Of a stretch of DNA of 64,000 nucleotides, positions 1 to 9,306 are shown in pieces. Under the pieces are notes generated by a model. The model searched no databases, was not told the DNA's origin, and worked only from the letters and a program-made list of their open reading frames with translations. Position 1 is the stretch's first letter, and each line of letters begins with the position of its first letter. Position numbers and translations under genes: made by a program. Source of the stretch: an uncultured Gammaproteobacteria bacterium (lineage in GTDB: Bacteria; Patescibacteriota; Microgenomatia; UBA12405; JAHJSD01); the NCBI GenBank assembly GCA_964428655.1, contig CAYRYE010000002.1, positions 183,156 to 247,155 on the forward strand. Direction: 5' to 3'.

Positions 1-15
1 GATCGAAATTCAGAG

Positions 16-1650
16 ATGGTTATTTTTGACAAGAAACTCTTAGAAGAAGAGAAGGCAAGACAAATAGCTGCCAGAAAAAAAATCTACGTGGAACTTTTGA
101 CGCCCAATAGAAGGCGCGAATCTATCAGGGCGGGATTGGACGCCATGGAAGATGAAGAACTAACCGAATTTCTCGATAGTGAGTTCAATAGTTGGTGGAA
201 GTCATTGGATGCTAAATTGTCTAGACAAGTCCCACTCACTATAAAAGAGATTCAAGAAATGTGTGAAAAAATAGTGAACAGTGATGAATTTGATGTTTTG
301 CTTGCTATGACAGAAGAGTCTCCGTCTTTTACCTCAAAAATTCTGGATGCATATTTCGACACATTTAGTGAGCGTTTTGCGAATATAGGCATTTTCCATA
401 TTCTCGCTAGTCTTGAAGCGCGCAAGCTAGCAAAGTTTTGGTTTGCTCGAAAATTAAAGCCAGAATTTCAAGAAGAAAGCTCTCAACTACTCTATACTCT
501 TATCGCAAAAATTTATGAGGCAATGCATCGTGTTTCCACAAGAGAAGTTCCCCATTGGGAAAAGGGAGAACCTCCTTACAAAACCGTCAGTGTTTTCGGA
601 AAACAACTACCCATTCCCGTTTTTTTTAAAACTGCTGAGGGCGAGAAGGTGCAAATCGGCAGTAAAGTTGATGTACAAGAGGCGAAAAAAATAACTACAC
701 CAACTCCTGATGCAGTAGGAGAGGATGACGCAATACTAGTTCCCTTAGTTGAAATTGATGAAAGTCAAGAAGGAAAGTGCGCGTTGGTTAATAAAGAAGG
801 CACGTTGGAATCAAACGACGCAATGGAAAGAAAACTTCTTGCTGTGGAAATTGTTGAACATACCCGGAGAGTGCAAGTTGATGGAAAACCAATCATTTAT
901 CTTGCCGGCGATGGTCCAGCCCAACTTGCCCGATTAATAATTGATGAATTAGAGGCTCAAGGAGATAGAGAAACGATAGTGGTTATAAGAGAATATAATG
1001 GCGGCCAGATACAAAATGGGCTGGATGCGACAAACGAATTAGAAAACAAAGAAGAATATTTAGGCAGAATTATTTGGACCCAAGGTTCTGCAAGCGATAA
1101 CTGGGAAATTGTTTTTAAGCAAGCTCAGCAGGCGGCAAAACATAGAAAATTAGACTTGGAAAATAGTGAGGTGGTCGCTGCCGCGTCCAGTTATGTAATT
1201 GGTGCCCTTAATGGAAGCCTTGAAGAAGGTTTTTTAGTTGAAAATGTTGCTAAAAAGATGTGGGAAGCCCTATCCGAAAATGGCGCTTATTTCGGTCTTG
1301 ACTTTTGTGATCCTGGCGTACAAAAACTTGATCCCGAAAATTCTTTTACAAAAGAGAACTGCACTCTTTATGAAAAAATGTTAAGAAAAATGTACAAATT
1401 GATCTATGAACGTGTTCTCAAATCATCGCTTTATTCCTGTTTTGGATTGTGGGGACATAACTTGGGTAATGTAAGACAGACAACAGAAAAGCTGAGTTTA
1501 TTGGGAGCAAAAGTTGAGGGGAAATGGCACCAGACAGTATTTACTTACATCCCACTCCCCTTGTCAACTGAAAAGTTAAAAATGTTTTTCCCTTTCCCCG
1601 GATATGTTTCTTATAAGTGGAAAGCTGTAAAGCCGACTAGCGGTTCTTAG
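16..1650 (+). CDS. hypothetical protein (544 aa), soluble, acidic
   Basis: Long ORF starting ATG at 16 near window edge; no recognisable motifs; coding-like composition. Confidence 0.55.
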   Translation: MVIFDKKLLEEEKARQIAARKKIYVELLTPNRRRESIRAGLDAMEDEELTEFLDSEFNSWWKSLDAKLSRQVPLTIKEIQEMCEKIVNSDEFDVLLAMTEESPSFTSKILDAYFDTFSERFANIGIFHILASLEARKLAKFWFARKLKPEFQEESSQLLYTLIAKIYEAMHRVSTREVPHWEKGEPPYKTVSVFGKQLPIPVFFKTAEGEKVQIGSKVDVQEAKKITTPTPDAVGEDDAILVPLVEIDESQEGKCALVNKEGTLESNDAMERKLLAVEIVEHTRRVQVDGKPIIYLAGDGPAQLARLIIDELEAQGDRETIVVIREYNGGQIQNGLDATNELENKEEYLGRIIWTQGSASDNWEIVFKQAQQAAKHRKLDLENSEVVAAASSYVIGALNGSLEEGFLVENVAKKMWEALSENGAYFGLDFCDPGVQKLDPENSFTKENCTLYEKMLRKMYKLIYERVLKSSLYSCFGLWGHNLGNVRQTTEKLSLLGAKVEGKWHQTVFTYIPLPLSTEKLKMFFPFPGYVSYKWKAVKPTSGS

Positions 1651-1897
1651 GTACAGGGCACTTGCAGGCGGGTCCCGGATCGCGTAAATTAAAAAACCCT
1701 AGCTTCTCTAACTCAGAAATTAAATCCTGATAGCTGCTAAACAAAATGCCTTTAATTCCTAACTGTTCTGCGCCAACTATATTCTCTTTTTTATCATCAA
1801 TGAAAGTCACTTCTTGGGGCCGCCAATTACTATATTTAAAAATCTCCTGATAAATCTTCTTGTTTGGCTTCCTGATACCTGCCGAAAAGGCTCATTA
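1637..1897 (-). pseudogene. HAD-superfamily hydrolase C-terminal remnant (no start codon)
   Basis: Minus-strand frame open without ATG translates to ...KPNKKIYQEIFKYSNWRPQEVTFIDDKKENIVGAEQLGIKGILF..., matching HAD motif II/III (KPxxxxY ... fiDDxxxNvxaAxxxGixxilf); upstream frame is closed by stops; 3' end overlaps ORF1 stop. Confidence 0.45.
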
Positions 1898-1947
1898 TTC
1901 CAAACCACCTTACCAATATCAAAAACAAGACACTTTATCATTTAATA

Positions 1948-3198
1948 TTAAATGGTCAAATTTTTATTCGGGCCGATGGCGGCTAAATAGAAGTTCCTTT
2001 CTTTGAAAAAATCTTCTGCTAAAGAACGCACATCGTCGAGCGTCACCTTGGCCAGTTTATCCAAAATCTCTTCTGCGGTACAAAGTCTATCTTCCAACAA
2101 CCAACTCCGAGCGGCCAAATTAGCTGCCTTGCCCGAAGGCTCTAAAGAAAGCAAAAAACGACCCTTAAGACAACTCTTGGCTTCTTTAATTTCTTTTTCT
2201 TTAACCGTTTCAGCAAAACCCAACATTTCCTGCTTGATCAATTTGACTGCCTCGGCAACTTTATCATTATTCAATCCTGCCTTCACTCCCAAAAGACCCC
2301 CTTCTTGGTAATAATCACTGAAAGAATGAATATAATAGGCCCAGCCGCGCTGCTCCCGGATCTTTCGCCAAAGCCTTGAGCTCATATTGCCTCCTAAAAT
2401 TAAACTTAAAACACTCATTGGCCAACGCCTGGAGTCGGTTAAATCAAAAGTGATTAACTCCAAAACAAGATGGGTTTGCTCGGTTTTCTTTTTCTTAACC
2501 AATTTCTTTTCCCTGCCCGCCTGCCAACCAACTCTTTCCTTCTTAACTGGAGTAAGTTTAACTTTGCCAAACCACTTTTCTACCAATTTCAACACTCGAC
2601 TCCAGTCTCCTTTTTTTAAAGCCCCGCCAATGGCCAAAACCATGTTGGCCGGCGAATAAAGAGTCTTTTGGTAATCAACAAAGTCTTTCCTTTTTAACTG
2701 CGAGACTGTCTTTTTACTGCCAATAATTTCCCAACCCAAAGGATTATTGCCAAAAACTACTCTTTCAGAAAGATCCCAAACTTTTCTTTTAGGATCATCT
2801 TCATACATGTTAATCTCTTCAATAATCACCCCTTTTTCTTTCTTAATCTCTTTTTCTTCAAGAAGAGAGTGGAAAACAATATCGGAAATCACATCAAACA
2901 TCAATTCTAAATGATCTGCCGTACTCTTAATCCAATAAGAAGTTACCTCTTTGCCGGTCGAGGCGTTATAAAGAGCGCCGATTTTATCCAGTTCTTCAGT
3001 GATAGCCAAGGCGCTGGGCCGCTTTTCAGTCCCCTTGAAGGCCATGTGCTCTAAGAAATGAGAAATACCTCGAATACGGGAAGATTCATTTTTGGAACCA
3101 ACCCCAATCATTAATGCAGTCGTTACTGAGGGCGAACCTGTAGGCACAAAAACAATCCGGAGACCATTATCAAGGGTATGAGTGAGGTATTCAAACAT
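1948..3198 (-). CDS. M16 family zinc metallopeptidase (insulinase/pitrilysin-like)
   Basis: Inverted zinc-binding motif HFLEHMAFKGT (HxxEH) near N-terminus, 416 aa typical of M16B subunits. Confidence 0.85.
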   Translation of the reverse strand: MFEYLTHTLDNGLRIVFVPTGSPSVTTALMIGVGSKNESSRIRGISHFLEHMAFKGTEKRPSALAITEELDKIGALYNASTGKEVTSYWIKSTADHLELMFDVISDIVFHSLLEEKEIKKEKGVIIEEINMYEDDPKRKVWDLSERVVFGNNPLGWEIIGSKKTVSQLKRKDFVDYQKTLYSPANMVLAIGGALKKGDWSRVLKLVEKWFGKVKLTPVKKERVGWQAGREKKLVKKKKTEQTHLVLELITFDLTDSRRWPMSVLSLILGGNMSSRLWRKIREQRGWAYYIHSFSDYYQEGGLLGVKAGLNNDKVAEAVKLIKQEMLGFAETVKEKEIKEAKSCLKGRFLLSLEPSGKAANLAARSWLLEDRLCTAEEILDKLAKVTLDDVRSLAEDFFKERNFYLAAIGPNKNLTI

Positions 3199-3234
3199 TG
3201 AAGGAAGTATAGCATAGAAAAGATGCTCTTTTTC

Positions 3235-3243
3235 TGCTATACT
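3235..3243 (+). promoter_or_regulatory. putative extended -10 element (TGcTATACT) 10 nt upstream of tRNA-Gly
   Basis: TGnTATAAT-like sequence immediately upstream of tRNA 5' end; no clear -35. Confidence 0.35.
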
Positions 3244-3253
3244 TTTTCTATCT

Positions 3254-3329
3254 GCGGGAGTGGCTCAGTTGGTAGAGCATCTCGTTGCCAACGAGAAGGT
3301 CGCGGGTTCGAGCCCCGTCTCCCGCTCCA
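3254..3329 (+). tRNA. tRNA-Gly (anticodon GCC)
   Basis: Cloverleaf folded by hand: acceptor GCGGGAG/CTCCCGC, D-arm GCTC-AGTTGGTA-GAGC, anticodon stem TCTCG/CGAGA with loop TTGCCAA (anticodon GCC), T-arm GCGGG-TTCGAGC-CCCGT, discriminator T, encoded CCA. Confidence 0.9.
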
Positions 3330-3348
3330 ATAAAGAATCAATTGCCTC

Positions 3349-3376
3349 TTGACTTAATCTTACAAAAGGATAAAAT
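3349..3376 (+). promoter_or_regulatory. sigma70-like promoter TTGACT-16nt-TAAAAT
   Basis: Near-consensus -35/-10 with 16-nt spacer directly downstream of tRNA-Gly; shares the prefix cctcttgac with the promoter at 3656; would transcribe the GC-rich 3380-3650 segment. Confidence 0.5.
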
Positions 3377-3655
3377 AAGCAACAATATGAACCTTTCGAA
3401 TATAGTATTTAGAGAACGGCGTTTCGGATCAAGAACACCGTCATCATCGCTTGATGGACTAACGCTTTTTCAAGCAATGGGGCGAAGCCCAGGATTGAGC
3501 AGGGGGCAACGAAGATTTGTTGAACAAACTCTCGAAGCGGCAATAGAAGGACGACCACCCCCTATCTTAATTAGAATGCGTAGAACACGCACAACAGGCA
3601 AGGCAATAACACCAAGAAGATAATATTAGCCACCCGGGACTGCAGAAGTTACCTC

Positions 3656-3684
3656 TTGACAACATTACTCCTTAGTAATAAAAT
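3656..3684 (+). promoter_or_regulatory. sigma70-like promoter TTGACA-17nt-TAAAAT for vapB
   Basis: Consensus -35 and good -10 with 17-nt spacer; ATG of vapB 10 nt downstream of -10 (short or absent leader). Confidence 0.55.
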
Positions 3685-3693
3685 ATTACCAGT

Positions 3694-3990
3694 ATGAAAG
3701 TAGGAACAATTGCAACTACTAATCAAAAGGGACAAATTGTTATTCCTAAAAAAATGAGAGATATTCTGGGAATTGAGCCTAATATAGTTTTAAGTTTGAT
3801 TGTCAGGGGTGGCGGTATCTACATCTACCCCATTGAAGAAGTAATTACTAAAGCTGAAAAAGAAAGCTCCTATTTTGAAATTTTGAAAAAAACTCAAGGA
3901 GCCTGGGCAAAAGAAAATTGGGATTCTTTAAGAAAAAAAAGAGCAAAAATTGAATTAGCTGCTTCCAAAAAAAGAAAAAAAGCATGGTAA
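3694..3990 (+). CDS. vapB: AbrB/MazE/SpoVT-family antitoxin (VapB-like)
   Basis: N-terminal MKVGTIATTNQKGQIVIPKKMRDILGI swapped-hairpin AbrB-fold signature; 98 aa; 7-nt overlap with downstream PIN gene. Confidence 0.7.
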   Translation: MKVGTIATTNQKGQIVIPKKMRDILGIEPNIVLSLIVRGGGIYIYPIEEVITKAEKESSYFEILKKTQGAWAKENWDSLRKKRAKIELAASKKRKKAW

Positions 3991-4364
3991 TTCTTGACAC
4001 CAATATTATTATTGATCATCTAAGACAAGCCAAAAACAAAGAATCACACCTGATTGGAATTGCTAAGCAAAAACCGAAAGAGACCTTGGCCATTTCAATG
4101 GTCACCCTTCAAGAACTTTATGAAGGAAAAAGTACAAAAAACGATAAAAAAGAACAGTTTTTATTGGCAACAATCAGTCCTTTAAAAATTTTCCCCTACT
4201 CGTACGAAGTGGCCAAGTTGGCTGGTGAAATTGCCAGGGACTTAAATCGTCCAATCCAACTGGCTGATGCGGCCATTGCCGCTACCACTATTATCAATGG
4301 CGCTCAACTTCTCACTTTAAACAAAAAAGATTTTAGAGGAGTCAAGAGGCTGGAGCTCGTTTAG
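3984..4364 (+). CDS. vapC: PIN-domain ribonuclease toxin (VapC-like)
   Basis: MVILDTNIIIDHL N-terminal PIN signature (D-T-N), 126 aa, translationally coupled to upstream antitoxin. Confidence 0.8.
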   Translation: MVILDTNIIIDHLRQAKNKESHLIGIAKQKPKETLAISMVTLQELYEGKSTKNDKKEQFLLATISPLKIFPYSYEVAKLAGEIARDLNRPIQLADAAIAATTIINGAQLLTLNKKDFRGVKRLELV

Positions 4365-5442
4365 CCCCTTGTATTCCCCAAACTAACATTAATACCCAAG
4401 GGTAAAAAAGAGAATTGTTAAATAAGCTGTGAACAGCAAGAGGTAAAATCAACCAAAATGGCTGCCAGCCGAAAACTAGCCAAACAAAAGCAATTAACCC
4501 AAAAATGCCGGTGGTCGCCCAGACTAGTAAAAAACTATTATCTGCTTTTTGACCTCCAGGGCCGGCCAGTTGATAATTATTAAAACCAATTCCAAAAATT
4601 GGATTTTGCTTAATTACTTGCCAACTCTCTTGCCAGTTTTGGAAACGAGCCCGGGTAGAAGCGGTTCGAAGCAGGTTGCCGCCTTCACCCACTGGCCTGG
4701 GCAGGAGATAGAAAATAATCGCAGAAACAAAGAACCAAACAAGCGCCTGCCTGATTCTCCCATTTCTCAACACCCGATGTTTCTTTACAGCCCAACCAAA
4801 AAGCAACACTAACCAAGCCAGCCAGCTGCTGCGGGAATAAGTAAAAGCTAAAGTGACTAATAAAAATAATTTCCTGAAAAAGTCTGACCTCTTTCTGGCA
4901 AATTCTAGTCCTAAACCCAAGACTAGTATTATCCCCATAAAATTGGGGTCCAAGAAAGTGCCGGTTAAGCGATAATAATGATCATCCCAACCAAAATATT
5001 TTAAATGAGTTAGGTCGGGAAAAAACAAATATTGAATCCAACCGAAGATAGCAGTTAGCAAAACAGAAAAACGCAAAAGATTTAAGATTTTAGATTTATG
5101 ATTTATGAATTTAAAAATAGCAAAATAGGGACCAGTGAGAGCCAGCCAACGAACTAAGTAAGCTAAACCTAAAATACTCTCCCCTCTCCATTTGGATAAG
5201 TTAATTAACCAACTCAAAAGCGCAATGCCTGTAAAGATAAATATCCGCCTGCTCTGCCTTTGCGCAAATATATTTTTCAAGTTGCCACCAACAACCAGTA
5301 AAACCCAAATTGCTACTAAAACTAAATCATGAATATAAACACTAACTCCAGGAATACCCAAAGGTAAACGAATCAACTGACCTAAAGGAAATAGAAAAAA
5401 CAAAATTAAAAAAAGACCAAGATCCATACTTAATAATACCAT
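4342..5442 (-). CDS. polytopic membrane protein, O-antigen ligase (Wzy_C)-like
   Basis: Multiple TM helices; AFTYSRSSWLAWL resembles the Wzy_C TqSRg loop motif; contains heptamer repeat array 5079-5112. Confidence 0.5.
   Translation of the reverse strand: MVLLSMDLGLFLILFFLFPLGQLIRLPLGIPGVSVYIHDLVLVAIWVLLVVGGNLKNIFAQRQSRRIFIFTGIALLSWLINLSKWRGESILGLAYLVRWLALTGPYFAIFKFINHKSKILNLLRFSVLLTAIFGWIQYLFFPDLTHLKYFGWDDHYYRLTGTFLDPNFMGIILVLGLGLEFARKRSDFFRKLFLLVTLAFTYSRSSWLAWLVLLFGWAVKKHRVLRNGRIRQALVWFFVSAIIFYLLPRPVGEGGNLLRTASTRARFQNWQESWQVIKQNPIFGIGFNNYQLAGPGGQKADNSFLLVWATTGIFGLIAFVWLVFGWQPFWLILPLAVHSLFNNSLFYPWVLMLVWGIQGAKRAPAS
5079..5112. repeat. heptanucleotide tandem repeat (AGATTTW)x4 inside membrane-protein gene
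   Basis: aagattttagatttatgatttatgaattt read directly. Confidence 0.7.
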
Positions 5443-5702
5443 TAATAGATCTTTTCTCTATAAGAAAATTATGGTAAAATACATTATTATGGCAAGGATA
5501 GTAAAACCATCAGGAAGGGAAAAAACACGCTGGGGAGAAAGAGGTTCTGGTTTTAGTTGGAGGTATAAACAAGTAAATAATGTATTGGTTCATAGATATA
5601 CAAGAAGACCAGTTGGAATGCCCACCGAAGAACATCGCCAACTTCAATTAGCTCGAAAAGCGGGTCGGGAAAAAAACTCGGAAAAGAGTAGGACAACCCG
5701 GA

Positions 5703-6881
5703 TCAAGACGACTCAGAACAAGGTGAGAATGGCAGCGGTTTTATTAAAGGACTGCCCAGGCAACTTCTAAGGTTGAGTTCCCTCTTGTTCGCGAAAAATA
5801 TTAAAAAATAAACAAGTAGGGTGCCAAAAACTGCATGGGACAAAAGAAGTCTTCCCCATAAAGTGGTTTCAAAAATGCTTGGATTTTTAAAGTTAAAAGC
5901 AATTAAAAAATAGGCAAAAGCCAAAATTAAAAGTTCGGTCTTTTTCCCTGCTTTTAAAAAGTGAGTAAAAAGCACAATTATTGGGAAAAATAGAAATACC
6001 AAATGGTGCTGCCAAGAAACCGGAGCGATTAAAACACCCAAAGTGATTAAAAGACTAAATTTTAAATGGTCGGAATTTAATTGACCGATTCTCAACCAAG
6101 AAAGAAAAATGAAAATCAAACCAATTAGAGTAACTAAAAATGCCTGCCTGCCCCAAAGTCGAGAAATCAAGCCGGTCAACGCCTGATTGTAATAGGCGCT
6201 ATTGGCAAAATGACTTTTAAAACTAGGCAAAGTAAGGAAAAAGAAATCTTTGAAAATATCTCTGGGTAAAATCAAAAAACTTAGGCCCAGCCCCAAAACC
6301 AAGAAAAGCAAAATTCTTTTAAACACTCTCCACTCTTTTTTCTTAATGAAAAAAAGAAAAATCCAGACAGGAGTAAGTTTGATTAAAAGAGAAAGAGAAA
6401 AGAAAAACGAGCTCAGATTTATTTTTTCTTTTTGGTAAAAATAAAAAGATAAACTAAATAAGAGCAGAATAAAATTGTTGATTTGACCCATACCTAAAGT
6501 AAACTTAACCGGAAAACTTAAAAAGGCCAAGGGGGCTAAAAATAAAAACCAATTTGCAGATTTAAGTTGACAGCTAGTCAAAATCAGTCGAATGCTAATC
6601 AATAAGGCTAGAAAAGAAAAGACGCTCCAAGTTAGCTGAATTAAATTCAAAGGAAAATAACCTAAAAGGGCAAAAACTAAAAGAGAAAAAGGCGGATAAA
6701 GGATTGGCGATGAGGTTCGGTAGGGATTGATTCCCTTCCTCAAATTGCTGCCAACTTGATAATAAGCCTGAGCAAAATCAGGTAAATAAATGCCTCTGGC
6801 GATAACTTTACCGAAAGAATAAAGTAATTGAAATAAGCCAAGAAAGAAAAACAGCCAAAAAAGAGTCTTTTTTAACTTCAC
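5703..6881 (-). CDS. polytopic membrane protein, GT-C glycosyltransferase-like (DUF2029/GT87-like)
   Basis: About 11 predicted TM helices, Phe/Leu-rich; INPYRTSSPILYPPFSL resembles the PY...YPP loop of DUF2029-type mannosyltransferases. Confidence 0.45.
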   Translation of the reverse strand: MKLKKTLFWLFFFLGLFQLLYSFGKVIARGIYLPDFAQAYYQVGSNLRKGINPYRTSSPILYPPFSLLVFALLGYFPLNLIQLTWSVFSFLALLISIRLILTSCQLKSANWFLFLAPLAFLSFPVKFTLGMGQINNFILLLFSLSFYFYQKEKINLSSFFFSLSLLIKLTPVWIFLFFIKKKEWRVFKRILLFLVLGLGLSFLILPRDIFKDFFFLTLPSFKSHFANSAYYNQALTGLISRLWGRQAFLVTLIGLIFIFLSWLRIGQLNSDHLKFSLLITLGVLIAPVSWQHHLVFLFFPIIVLFTHFLKAGKKTELLILAFAYFLIAFNFKNPSIFETTLWGRLLLSHAVFGTLLVYFLIFFANKRELNLRSCLGSPLIKPLPFSPCSESS

Positions 6882-6943
6882 CTTTTCATTCTATCAGAAG
6901 CTTGGTAATAGTAGTTTAACGTTCTCTACTGAAGTGTCGACCT

Positions 6944-8734
6944 TTACATTTTCTGCAACACTTCAATTCCCAAAATCTCCAAGCCCATTTTGAGAATATT
7001 AGCGGTCACTTGAGTCAAAAATAAACGAAAGTTTGTTATTTGAGATTTGGAATTTGGAATTTGGGTTTTGGAATTTTCCAAAATACGGTGTTTTTGATAA
7101 AACAAATTAAACTTTTGGGATAATTCAAACAAATACTGGCATAAGATATGAGGAGAAAAATTCTCGGCTGAAGCTAAAATAACTTCTGGGAATTGATAAA
7201 AAGTGCGAAGTAAACTTAATTCTTCGGAATTATGTTCGTAGTTCGTGGTTCGTAGTTCGTGGTTCGTATTTTTAGATTTTTTTAGAATTGAGAGGCAGCG
7301 AGTGCAAGTATATTGGAGGTAAGGAGCCGAATAACCCTCCAGCGATAAAATCTTATCCCAGTCAAAAATAATGTCTTTTTCCGGCTCTTGTTTTAAATCA
7401 TTAAATTTAATTCCTCCAATGCCAACTGCCTGAGCAATTTTTTCTTTCCCCTTCTCGCTCAAGTCTTTACCTGTCTGGCTATGCTCAACAAAGCCTCTGG
7501 CCCTTTTAAGCCCTTCATTAATAATGCTCCCCAAGTGGATCGTATCCCCTTTTCTCGTTGAGAATTTGCCATGACGCCAGCGAAGCAACCCATGAGGAAT
7601 ATGGACTAATTTACTAGCTGAAATATAACCTAATTTCTCAGCTATAGCGAAAACTTGCTGGAAATGGAACTTATGTTCTGAGCCTACTTCATAAATAATC
7701 AAGTCCGGCTGCCATCTCTCCATCCTGAATTTAATCGTGGCTAAATCCCGCAAAAGATAAGTTGTCCCTCCATCAGATTTAATCAACATCCCTGGAGCCT
7801 CTAAACCAAGAACATTAATAATCTTGGCACCCTGGCTTTCTTCAATTAGGTTTTTTTCCTGAGCATCTTTCAAAACTTTGTCCATCCAACCTTTGAAATG
7901 ATAAAAAGATTCTCCATAAGCATAATCTATGCTTACCCCCAAAGTCTTATATACCCTTCTGAATTCCCCCAAGCTTACATCAGTACAGATTTGCCAGATT
8001 TTTTTGGCTTCTTTATCACCATCTTCTAGTTTTTTAAACCAAAATCTAGCTTCATCTTCCAATTTAGAGTCCTTCGAGGTTTTATGGTGAAATTTGACAT
8101 AAAGTTTTTCTAACTCTGCAATAGTTAAATCTCTTAAATCTTTCTGCCACCACTTTTTGATGGCCACAATCAATTTGCCAAACTGAGTCCCCCAATCACC
8201 CAAATGATTATCGCCAATTGTTCTCCAACCTAAAATTTTGTAAAGATTGTAAACCGCTTGACCAATGTTTGTTGAACGCAGATGACCAATGCCAAAAGGC
8301 TTGGCAATATTGGGAGCAGAATAATCAATCACCACCGTCCTGTTCTTGCCAATTTTTCCCAACCCCTTCTTAAACTCTCTTTCATCCAAAATCTCTTTTG
8401 CTTGATTAATAAAATATTCTTTTGAAAGCTGGAAGTTGATAAAACCAGGAGAGGCAATTTCAATAGCGCCTAGCATATAGTATTTAGTGTTTAGGGATTT
8501 TAATTCTTTAGCAATCAATTTTGCCAGGTTCAAAGGTTTCTTTTTTAACCTCCCTGCCAAAACCATGGCAACATTAGTGGCATAGTCACCGTGATTGGGA
8601 TCGGCCGGGTGCTCAAGGCGAACATTCTCTGCTTTCTTGCTCAACTTTAAATTTGAGCAAGCCTCAACAATCGCCTGTTTTAACTGCCTTACCACCTCAA
8701 TTTCTAGAATATTGTTTCTCCCAGCTTTGTTCAT
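6944..8734 (-). CDS. argS: arginine--tRNA ligase
   Basis: 596 aa; N-terminal Arg_tRNA_synt_N region, HGDYATNVAM motif, class I core APNIAKPFGIGHLRST, anticodon-binding C-terminus ending ...M; carries two in-frame heptamer-repeat insertions. Confidence 0.9.
   Translation of the reverse strand: MNKAGRNNILEIEVVRQLKQAIVEACSNLKLSKKAENVRLEHPADPNHGDYATNVAMVLAGRLKKKPLNLAKLIAKELKSLNTKYYMLGAIEIASPGFINFQLSKEYFINQAKEILDEREFKKGLGKIGKNRTVVIDYSAPNIAKPFGIGHLRSTNIGQAVYNLYKILGWRTIGDNHLGDWGTQFGKLIVAIKKWWQKDLRDLTIAELEKLYVKFHHKTSKDSKLEDEARFWFKKLEDGDKEAKKIWQICTDVSLGEFRRVYKTLGVSIDYAYGESFYHFKGWMDKVLKDAQEKNLIEESQGAKIINVLGLEAPGMLIKSDGGTTYLLRDLATIKFRMERWQPDLIIYEVGSEHKFHFQQVFAIAEKLGYISASKLVHIPHGLLRWRHGKFSTRKGDTIHLGSIINEGLKRARGFVEHSQTGKDLSEKGKEKIAQAVGIGGIKFNDLKQEPEKDIIFDWDKILSLEGYSAPYLQYTCTRCLSILKKSKNTNHELRTTNYEHNSEELSLLRTFYQFPEVILASAENFSPHILCQYLFELSQKFNLFYQKHRILENSKTQIPNSKSQITNFRLFLTQVTANILKMGLEILGIEVLQKM
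7048..7082. repeat. heptanucleotide tandem repeat (ATTTGGA)x4.5 inside argS
   Basis: gatttggaatttggaatttgggttttggaatttt read directly; in-frame on minus strand (encodes ...NSKTQIPNSKSQI...). Confidence 0.8.
7231..7265. repeat. heptanucleotide tandem repeat (GTTCGTR)x4.7 inside argS
   Basis: cgtagttcgtggttcgtagttcgtggttcgta read directly; encodes ...NTNHELRTTNYEHN... Confidence 0.8.
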
Positions 8735-8760
8735 TTTTCCTTTTTAAAGTATAACACCAA

Positions 8761-9306
8761 TTAATTCAGCGCTTGGCAGATTAAACCCCGAGACTTGGCT
8801 TCAACTTTACTCCCTTTTTTAAACTCTAAATTAAACCAGAAAAGTATTAACCAGTGCAGCAAATTTAATCTCAACAAAGCTGGCAGAAGTCTTTTAAAAA
8901 TGTTGAAAAAAGAATAGGTTTTTCGGAAAATTTGCCAGTGAGCTTTTGCTTGTTGGCGTAAACTGAGTCTTTTAGACTTAATTAGAGGTGTAATGGCATC
9001 GTATTTCTCCCAACCACCGGAAAGAACCTGACCAGCTTTAAGCATTTCTTTTCTAAGGCGAGTGCCAGGAAATGGAGTGAGAAAAGTTACCTGAGGAAGT
9101 TCCACTTTCTCCTGACAAAAAAATTTAATCGTCGCCTCAGCTGTCTGAAATGTATCTTTTGGGTAGCCAAAAATCATTCCTCCCATCACTGCCACTCCAA
9201 ATTTATGAAAAATCCTGATTGCTTCACGATTTTCTGACACACTGACACCCTTGCCCATTTGTTTGAGATCTTTATCATTAATTCTCTCAAGACCAATAAA
9301 GGCCAA
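8761..9306 (-). CDS. B12-binding domain radical SAM protein, C-terminal part (continues 9186..10106 in -1 frame)
   Basis: Frame upstream of the annotated Met reads GQSGFFLAFIGLERINDKDLKQMGKG, a typical radical SAM barrel continuation; overlaps upstream ORF by 120 nt in another frame. Confidence 0.65.
   Translation of the reverse strand: MAFIGLERINDKDLKQMGKGVSVSENREAIRIFHKFGVAVMGGMIFGYPKDTFQTAEATIKFFCQEKVELPQVTFLTPFPGTRLRKEMLKAGQVLSGGWEKYDAITPLIKSKRLSLRQQAKAHWQIFRKTYSFFNIFKRLLPALLRLNLLHWLILFWFNLEFKKGSKVEAKSRGLICQALN

Noticed and set aside
3285-3623. 112-aa ORF from the six-frame track
   Set aside because: It starts inside the tRNA-Gly gene and has a non-protein-like Arg/Pro-rich composition. 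It is treated as an artefact of GC-rich non-coding sequence; only its internal 78-aa portion is discussed, as a low-probability alternative.
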